Origin: Octopus vulgaris
Taxonomy: Eukaryota
Direction: 5' to 3'
DNA: 64,000 nucleotides
Assembly: GCA_951406725.2 (NCBI GenBank)
Contig: OX597823.1
Span: forward strand, 51,584,001-51,648,000
A program made the position numbers and the translations under genes. This document shows positions 54,811 through 64,000 of the stretch, one piece after another. How positions within the stretch are numbered: the stretch's first letter is position 1; each line of letters starts with the position of its first letter. The notes beneath the pieces were generated by a model. It saw nothing but the letters and a program-made list of their open reading frames with translations, ran no database searches and had not been told where the DNA came from.

Positions 54811-55466
54811 TTGTCTATCAATGTACAATATAATACATGTAAAATTATATAGTAAAATTACAAACATAGCAAATTTATCTAGTTCTCCGTATTTCACGGC
54901 CTATGGGCTTTCTCACCATATAAGTTGCAGGATGCTGTCTGCTCTATTGCCAACGGTGGTGTTTTGTCTTACGGACCTTTTAGAATATTTATACCCACTA
55001 TTGCTTGAAAATCAAGATGGTTACGAGAAGTGTACTCCTGCAGATAAAACACAGCATTCGCTGCTTGTTTTACTGTCAACTCCACACTTCACATATACAA
55101 AAAAACCTTGTAAAAGTTTTCCTTACTTCCCCGCTATTATCTTTACTTCTCTAGCAGAAAGTTGCAGTTACCAAGTCGTAATATTTTCCAGATTACTCCA
55201 GTTAAGATAAAACGCGTTGACCATGATGGATTTAATTTCTTAACTCCGAAATATGCCATTCTATGTAGCTCCAGGTCGCACCTGGCTCCTTCTCATTTTA
55301 TGAATTTGTCAAAAGTTTATTGGACCATAGGACATTTCTAAAAAGACATTACTTACTGACAATACCAACAACAGATTTACTTGCAAAGGCATCAGATAAA
55401 TATATTTAAAAAACACGCTGTACATTTTGTATTGATTGAATGCCTTCATTCCATTTGTGTGTTTGT

Positions 55467-55522
<56 letters not shown>

Positions 55523-56074
55523 ATATGAATATGAGAGAAAGGGAGAGAGAGAGAAGGAAAAAAGGATGCAACACAAACAATACATCTATGGCTACATTAA
55601 TTGAATGTGTCGTTCTTGCTTGAAAATCGACAGAGTGCGCTTTGAATATGATTTCGCTGCGATTTTAGCAGTTTGAGTGAGTTTATAGAGTCTCCCTATG
55701 TTGGTTTGTGATAAAATGTTATGTAATTCAGCTGAGCATAGCCGAGGTAAAGAGACATTTTCATTAGGAATTTACGAATTCCAGTTTAAATTTTTACTTA
55801 TTTTCTTTCAAATGACGATGAAGTAAGCTCTCCTTATTCGGTGCTAACTTAAATATTTCCTTATACTGGCACAAAATCTTACACAAAGACTAATAAGTAT
55901 CGTAGGAGTCTTTGTTTAAGTTTGTTGTAAGAAGTAAAAAGTGAAATCTATGCCGGCCGAATTTGAACTCAACACGAATGCGCAAAATTAATTGCACTTA
56001 TACTCTCTATAAAATTTCAGTTATTTAATAACTTTATATTTTGTTAACACTTTTACAGTAATCCCTTGACTATT

Positions 56075-56328
56075 GCGTGTGCTGCGGGGTTACTCCGAAA
56101 AGCTCTATCTACGACGATTTCATCTCAATCGAAGGAGAGGGGCTTTCTCCATCCGGGTTGCGGATCCGTGGAATAAGCTGCCGAACGAGATAGTGAAGAT
56201 GCCGACGACCGCTCGGTTCAAAGTCTCTGACCAGAAATGGCCTGAACTCTTTGTATGACCACCCTCCCTGTCCCCTTACATGGCCTTGCTTTTGCTTTTT
56301 GAGCCAATAAAAATTGAATTGAATTGAA
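56075..56328 (+). mobile_element. CR1-type LINE 3' end with (ATTGA)n tail
   Basis: LRGYSEKLYLRRFHLNRRRGAFSIRVADPWNKLPNEIV followed by aataaaaattgaattgaattgaa. Confidence 0.85.
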
Positions 56329-57142
56329 TAATAAACTGAAATAGGTTAACCACGATATGGTGAGGGATTACTATACTGCAGAAAGCAGATGCATCCATTC
56401 CAAATTTCATTACCCTTAACAGTGGAAAATAGTTGAATATACTAATCTATCTTTTGTTGAGAAATGTCAATTTTAAAACCATTTTCTGTTGTCAAGCTTA
56501 TTGAAGCAACGTGACTTGCAGAAAATGCCAATTTTTTTTTCGTTTTGTTTTTTGTTAGATATTTAACATTATTACTGGAATAACAATAAAATCTAATTTT
56601 TTTATTGAGAATTATGAACTTTGCGTTGGTTCAAAGACATACATTCGTAAAATGATGTATTAAATGTTTCGAGAATCCTGGCTGTTTGGATTGTTTATAG
56701 TATATTACTGATATTGAATCTATCCAACCAAGGTTCCTATACGGGGTCTCTTGACTTACTAGAAATACTAGCCACATCTTCCTCAAATTATACACCACTG
56801 TCAATAAAAAAGACATTGAATAACGTGACTTTAGATTCCGTGCACAAAATAATGCGATGGTTACGATTTGTACTAGCCTTTGTACTAACCTTTCTTGATC
56901 AAGGCTGACCTAGACCTAAGCAACAACTAATCTTAGTGAATTTATTGACCTTGGAATCGTGAAAGGAAATTCAATGTTCCCTTTCGTGGATTAAGCTTGC
57001 ATAAGCAATTAGTATTTTAACAAAGAAGTGATGAGAATTGACATATCACTCAAACTCGACTACGATGAGATTGGAATTCAGGAATGAGTTAGATGGAACT
57101 ACCATCCACCTCTTAAATTTTTGAGGGAACACCAAATTTTAA

Positions 57143-57391
57143 AGATAGATAGATGGATAGACAGACAAATAGATAGACAGATAGATAGATAGATACACAC
57201 ACACACAAACACATACACATATACGACGGGCATCCCAGCAGTTTGACTACTAAATTTATTTAATTCTACACTCAAGCTGTGCTAGAAGTCACTAGTCCAA
57301 ACTGTCACGCAATGGAATCGAACGTGGGATTACGTGGTTGCATAACATCCCGACCATACAGTCATTGATGCGGTAACTCTTGCGCCATCAT
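57143..57391 (-). repeat. Arm 1 of local inverted duplication (old SINE B head plus GATA tract)
   Basis: Near-identical reverse complement of 58973-59227. Confidence 0.9.
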
Positions 57392-58972
57392 TATATCGAT
57401 TATATCGGTCTCTGTACTCCTATATAAGTATTCATAATATTTTATCTTTATAGGACCCAGAAGGTTTAAAGGCAAAAGAAACTTTGTTAGGATTTGATCG
57501 TAGATCGTAAAGAACTAAATCTAAAACGAGCAAGTTATTTCGTCTGACACTGTTGCGATTCTGCTAATCCACCGTCGTTTTCCTTACCGGAACATTTCTA
57601 GCATTGGCAGAAGATTAAACATTTTAGTACATTATTTTATCGACCCCGGTTTAAAGAAACAGCCAACTTTCCTAGGATTTGTACTCAAAACGATATCAAT
57701 GAAACAAATACCGCAAGGTATTTGTCGTGATAACAGATACGTCAATTACGCCATCACTTCCTTGTTAAAATATTAATTGCTTATGCAAGCACAATCCATG
57801 AAAGGAAACATTAAATTTCAGGAAAGGAAACAGTTGATTAAATCGACCCCAGTATTTGACAGGTACTTTATTTAACCTACCCTGTAAAGGAGAGGCATTC
57901 AGCTTGAATTCTCGGTATTTGAACTTAGAAAGTAAAGATATGAAATAAATACAGCAAGACATTTTGTTCGACGGTCTACCTATATTAAAAGCACAAATGG
58001 TTCTCTGCGTAATATTAACATTCTCAATATAACTAATAATGTGTATGGAAAGTAATATGGCAATCTCAAGCAGAAAGTTTACAGGTAAAACAATTCTGAT
58101 GTAAGTAATTATGTAGCTACAGCTGCCAGGTGATAGGAAATTAAATCTATACATGCATTAGTTGAATAAAGGCAATTATTTATATATAAAGAGCAGCTGA
58201 AATGTTTCAAAGATACATTGTTCGTTTTATCAGTGTAGTGGGAAGACCGACAATAATTATGCAAGCTTAATATTTCGTATATATTTAGGCAACTATACAA
58301 CGAGAGTTTTAGCACAACTAAGCTAAAGCCATGATATTAGCGAAGGGGAAATGTGATAAAAATATAATTACATATCAAATTTTACGGCGGTTATAATACG
58401 AGAAATTATCCACAAGTGTTCGTAATTGATTGGCTAGCTATATTAAATGGAGTATGCTCGTTTTAAGAACAACCAAAATGACGATAAAGATACGACAACA
58501 AATGAGTTTATGTTTATCAACAGTACTCTAACACTAATTGCAAATCAGCTTTCTCTTAATTCTCTCATGTCTTCCACTCTTTATCATAAACAATAAAATA
58601 ATTAATCTTATACATCAACTGTTACCTCTATAGATTCATATTCTAGGGTCACACATCATCATATACACTAACACAAAATGCATAAACGTTTATACTAATA
58701 CACGCATGTAAATACACGGTTGCACAAAAACAATGACACACAGATACGTTCATAGAGAGAAATGCACACATCCATACACATGCAATTACGCATACACCTA
58801 CACAGACGTGCATGGTTTTTAGTAGGATAGGTGTCAGAACCATCATTTTGTGCAGTCAGAATGAAGCTGTAAGGGGAAAATCAGGAGCGTAAAGGACCAG
58901 CTGCTGTCTTGCAGGTGCCTGTCACATACTCAGTACTATATGAAAAGTAAAGGCTAATCACGACTGACATCG

Positions 58973-59227
58973 ATGATGGCGCGAGAGTTACCGCATCAAT
59001 GACTGTATGGTCGGGATGTGTACTTTGCAACCACGTAATCCCACGTTCGATTTCATTGCGTGACGGTTTGGACTAGTGACTTCTAGCACAGTTTGAGTGT
59101 AGAATTAAATAAATTTAGTAGTCAAACTGCTGGGATGCCCGTCGTATATATGTGTGTGTGTGTATCTATCTATCTATTTATCTATCTATCTGTCTATCTA
59201 TTTGTCTGTCTATCCATCTATCTATCT
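58973..59227 (+). repeat. Arm 2 of local inverted duplication
   Basis: Near-identical reverse complement of 57143-57391. Confidence 0.9.
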
Positions 59228-59383
59228 CTTTCTTTAACTCTCTTTCTATATATGTGTGTGTATGTGTGTGTATATATTATATACATATATGTATATACAT
59301 ACACACACACACATATATATACATATGTATGTATGTATGCATATATGTGCATATGTGTGTGTGTATATATATTACATATATAT

Positions 59384-59466
<83 letters not shown>

Positions 59467-60149
59467 TGATGCACACTAAGTAACGAGAAGTCAAACACAC
59501 GAAGAAAACACAACACACTGAAAGAACGCAGAAAGACTGAAAAAGTTAGTATGTTTCCTTGTGACTATATGGTCACCTAAAGCAATTGACGAAAACATCA
59601 CACATGCTACTAAGTCACACTCGATTATGTTGTGGTATAAGAGTGTCTTGGTTTGGTATTGACTTATATATTTAAGTTGGAGCCTTTTTTGCTCCATCGG
59701 AAACATAATCTTGCTTTTGTGTTCGTGTGCGTTTGTGTTCGCATGAGAGTGTGTATACCAGTGTATGTGTGTCTACGCATGTGTGTATTGTGTGTGTACA
59801 TAATGTTGATGTACATCTTTCGCCGTTTTGTTTCGGCTAAGGGTGTTTGCATCGATGGAAAACTGGTACTGTTTTGACACTTCTTTAGATTATGAATAAC
59901 CCTATCACAAATATTTATAACTAAATATTCTCTAAAATGCTTATATATTTTACGGAGATGTACTTGCATAGCAAGTGACCTGATCTGAGATCGAGTGCTG
60001 GAACGAAAACAATTGCAGCGTGGAAGGTGTTTATAAGCCATTTAACAAACACACAAAAACCGTTAGATTCACTTCAACATTTAAATTTAATTGTCAAAAT
60101 ATTTTCGTCGCTTTGAGACCGATATTTGTTTGATAATATTTATACTAGA

Positions 60150-60375
60150 AAAGGGCAGTGAGCTGGTAGAAGAAACATTAAGACGCTGGGACTAATACTT
60201 AGCGGCATTTCGTCCGTCATTACATTCTGAGTTGAAATTCCGCCGAGATTGATTTTGCCTTTTCATCCTTTCGGGGTCGATGCATTAAGTACCAGCTGAA
60301 CGCTGGGGCTCAATGTAATCCACTTACCTCTTCTACCAAGAACTCGCTGGATGGTGCCATAATTTGAAACCAATA
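60150..60375 (+). mobile_element. SINE family A
   Basis: ggcagtgagctgg..gcggcatttcgtccgtc..aaattccgccgag..tttgccttttcatcctttcggggtcgat..aagtaccag. Confidence 0.82.
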
Positions 60376-62045
60376 TTTATACAACAGTCTTCTGACATTC
60401 ACATGTATCGGCACCTATAGGTGTTCACATTGAGACATATACCCTCAGATATTTGTAGACATCATTCTAAAGACCTTTATCTAATCGAACTTCAAAACAG
60501 AAGGTGAATCTTATTTTTTTCTACTTCACAAAAAATGTGTCGGCAAAAATTTGCAAACAGTCAAATCAACCTTAATATCTTATTCTTATGCAATATTTAT
60601 TACCACTTAAATGTGGATGTTCTGTTCGAACAAACTTAATTGTGGTATTTACTATGAGAGATACTCTCATATATGTAGTCTTTTGGGGCAGAATGCATGC
60701 TTGTTTGTTTATATTGCCAGTAAGGAGATAACTCCCTACCAACTCCAGCGTCGAGACCACCGGGTAACGTGATTTCGATCTTCTTTGATCTCATTGGTTG
60801 ATAGACGCTCGACCGCTAGAGATATCAGCGACTCATCTCTCCGCTAGCGATATGCAGAAAACTAGTGCCAGAACAGGTACTATATCATTGCTAAGTAGTG
60901 TAGATTCCTCCCAATTAATGGAAAATATCCATTTGCTAGCAGATACTTATATGCGATACAATTAGTGTGCAAGGGATTTTGCTTAACAGGCAGCACTTGC
61001 AAAATGTAATAATAAAAAAAAACCAGTCCAATGGCAAACTTGGCAGAGATGATTGCTACTGGCTAATTCTATCTGAATGTAATATTCCTAAATGATCTGA
61101 TAGCAATTCCCGACGGCTAGATGTATGAAGAAACTGTAAAATAAAAGTATCAACTGATGTTAGAGGTATATCTGAATTCATGACCCTCAAGCATGCAGTC
61201 AAATACTTTATCCATTAGGCTATATTATAAAGTAATGAAGACTGGAAAGCTTTGAAATTTCCGTAGGATAATCACAAAATATAATGTAAAAGTTATTATG
61301 GACGCTTAGCTTTACATGCAGCGATAGCTTGAAAACTGCTGTAGAGCAAAGATTTAGCATTGGGATCTAGCATCGCTACTAGACAGAGGGGTTGATGGAA
61401 GGGAAAGCATCAACATTAGTAGGATTCGAATTCTTGAACAAAAATAAATAAAACAAATGAATAAATAGATAAATAAAATGAATAAAAATATAAATCTAAT
61501 AACTGAAAAGTTTAACGTTAGATTTTCTACTTTCTGTAAAAGTTCTATTGCTCTCAGGTGTTTCTTAACCTTGGTGACCAAACGAGTAATGGCCTTGGAA
61601 AAGAAATATGTTAGAGAATTATCCTGCAAATTCCACGAAGTTTAAAATTTGAAGATTTAGAAATATGACAAAACGCCTTATCCTGTACTGAACAAACTAT
61701 TATTACGCACACAGAGACTCTTAAGACAAATTATATATAAATTAAATAAAAACATATCCCTATGTACGGTTAAGTTATCGATAGTACATTCTATTGCTAA
61801 TTATTTTTCACACGCACACACGAACACACGCACTCACACATACACATACATACATGAACATATGTACATACACACACACACAAATATAATACGCAAGTTA
61901 AAACAATGGTCGTTACATATTATTCCTTTGTTAGGGCAAATTTGGCTTACAGTTGTTTCCAGTTGTCATTATAGATAGGTTTACTTAATTGAGCTATTGA
62001 TCAATTGAGGTAAATTGAAAGCCCTAACAACATTAATGAAATGGA

Positions 62046-62132
<87 letters not shown>

Positions 62133-62134
<2 letters not shown>

Positions 62135-62487
62135 GATAAATCTCAGAGCGAGTTATAAACAGTAGCGGTAACACATCGTGACGCATATTTGCCATTTGAA
62201 TATGGCTAACCCCTAAGGGTGGATGCTACTGTAGTTTGTAGTCCCAGGAAGATACCTCCTCTAGCTGGCTATGATTGTCACACGCCGATGATAGGTAAAT
62301 ACCTTGAAACTCGAGTCCGTGTGTGTCATAAGTTGAAGACGCGAAGGATGACTTCCCTTCACAAATACTAATAGGGCACAGAAAGTGTGTCTATAGCCAG
62401 CTGGAGGAGGTATCTTCCTGGGGCTACAAACTACAGTAGCATCCACCCTTAGGGGTTAGCCATATTCAAATGGCAAATATGCGTCAC
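62133..62487 (+). mobile_element. Young Penelope-like pLTR with 95-bp inverted arms, between (TA)n tracts
   Basis: Arms 62178-62272 / 62393-62487 with 2 mismatches; upstream KSQSEL*..THRDAYL resembles the PLE C-terminus; hammerhead in the spacer. Confidence 0.8.
62279..62323 (+). ncRNA. Type I hammerhead ribozyme motif (CCGAUGA variant, GUC cleavage triplet)
   Basis: cacacg-CCGATGA-t-aggt(aaat)acct-t-GAAAC-tcga-GTC-cgtgtg; 6-bp stem I, 4-bp stem II, palindromic stem III loop. Confidence 0.8.
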
Positions 62488-62504
62488 TATATATATATAT
62501 ATAT

Positions 62505-62690
62505 AATAATACAATGCACATTTAAACAATGTGGTAAAACTGTGCAAAAAGTAGTACTTGAATGCACAAAAGGTAGAGTAATATACTTTTCATTAACCTG
62601 CAAAATCATCACACGACCGTTACTCAGAGTTTCACGTTCCCATTCGTCGAACACTTGTAATGAAAACTGAATTAAGATTGTAGTTGTGCG
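62505..62690 (-). mobile_element. Penelope-like pLTR remnant (family of 17.1 and 34.3 kb) with decayed hammerhead
   Basis: Minus gtgt-TCGACGA-atgggaacgt-GAAA-ctctgag-TA-acgg at 62616-62654. Confidence 0.65.
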
Positions 62691-62839
62691 CGTGTGTGTG
62701 TGCGTGCGTGCATGCGTGCATGGGCGCGTGTATGCGTGAGTATAACTTATATAATTTAGATATGTTTCGACCAAAGATTGGTCCAGACATTATCTAACTT
62801 AATAGCACCACCTGATAGGATTAGCCAAATCCTTTTTAA

Positions 62840-63822
62840 GTCAAGATTTGTGGTATCATGGTCCATTCGGGTACGGGGTTCTTGAGTGAGCTGCATCCAG
62901 GTATAGTTGGTTTATCTGGTATTCCTCAAAGAAATTTGTCTAGATTCCGTTTAAAGTTAATGGGATCATTTTCCTCTTTGATCTGTTTCGGGACAATGTT
63001 AAATAGGGCATGGCCTGTTGAGGAACAGAAACTGTGTTGCAGCGTATTTATGTGTTGTGCGTATTTATTGGGTAGGGAATGTATGGCCCGTGGTCTTAGC
63101 CTTGGATGAATTCTGACCCTAATATTGAGGTCATTTGGGCAATGCTGGTAGTATATTCCCCACGCCGTGCAAATGATGTACCTCTCACGGCGGCGCTGGA
63201 GAGAACAGAATTTCAATGCTTTAAGGCGGTCCCATAAATTTAGAACAGTCATGCCCTTAATTCTTTTGGTGAATGCCCTCTGGGGTGATTCGATTTTCGA
63301 ATTTTTTTTTCTTTTTGTCTGGCGGGGATCACAGGGAACAGCAGTATTCGAGGTGTATCCGTACAAAGGAGAAGAAAATAGGAATAATGATATCTTGTTC
63401 TCTGGACCGAAGATTCTTAGGATCCAGGAGCTCATCCTATGAGCTATATCGACCTTATTGTTGATGTGGGCACGCCAGCTGATATTGTTGTCAACACTTG
63501 CTCCTAGGTCTCTCATATTATTAGATGCTGCGACTGGTTCCCTTAAAAGAAGAGAGTATGGCTGATTTAGCATAGTCTTTCTTCCAAAATGCATCAGCTC
63601 AAATGTTCTCTCGTTTAGTTGCTTTTTGTCTTCGTTTGCCCATTGACTTACAGCATATACGTCAGACTGGTGTTCAGTTCGGTCTTCTTCTTCATTGATA
63701 AATTTCTAGAGCTTGGAGTCATCAGCGAATATTTTCATTTTGCTGTGTTTTATGACGCTGAAAAGGTCGTTTATATAGACTATAAACAGACGCGGGCCCA
63801 AGACAGTCCCCTGAGGGACTGC
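62840..63822 (-). mobile_element. 5'-truncated CR1/Jockey-group LINE, RT C-terminal half, decayed
   Basis: VPQGTVLGPRLFIVYINDL..KIFADDSKL*, MRDLGASVDNNISWRAHI, IESPQRAFTKRI, LKFCSLQRRRERYII; frameshifts and stops. Confidence 0.92.
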
Positions 63823-64000
63823 ATTTGTGTATGTATATATGTATGTCTATATATATATATATATAATTATAAATGAGGGTGAAAAATCGATATTAATTTA
63901 ATAATACCGTCAAATTAACACCAAGTGGCTTTATTATTATTATTATTATTATTATTTCCATTTCATTAATGTTGTTAGGGCTTTCAATTTACCTCAATTG

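Noticed and set aside
62926-63594. Longest ORF (222 aa) as a functional gene
   Set aside because: Frameshifted CR1-type RT C-terminus with an upstream stop

Overview
AT-rich, microsatellite-dense animal genomic DNA, almost certainly intronic or intergenic. The repeat families look like those of octopus (coleoid cephalopod) genomes; this is inferred from recognition, not from a database search. I find no intact host protein-coding gene. Nearly all listed ORFs are microsatellite artefacts or decayed transposon ORFs. The window is a mosaic of four SINE-like families, R4/Dong-type LINEs sitting in (TAA)n, RTE and CR1 LINE fragments, Tc1/mariner elements and MITEs, and many Penelope-like (PLE) pseudo-LTR remnants lodged in (TA)n tracts. 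The most notable signal is a set of hammerhead-ribozyme motifs in the PLE remnants: near-intact at 62279-62323 (+), 43078-43141 (-) and 34374-34411 (-), imperfect at 42646-42716 (+) and 24657-24746 (+), plus decayed copies. Several are embedded in long inverted repeats or a perfect 116-bp palindrome. Local inverted duplications (57.1/59.0 kb, 62.0/63.9 kb, 52.7/53.6 kb) add potential dsRNA. All calls were made by eye, and boundaries of old repeats are approximate.
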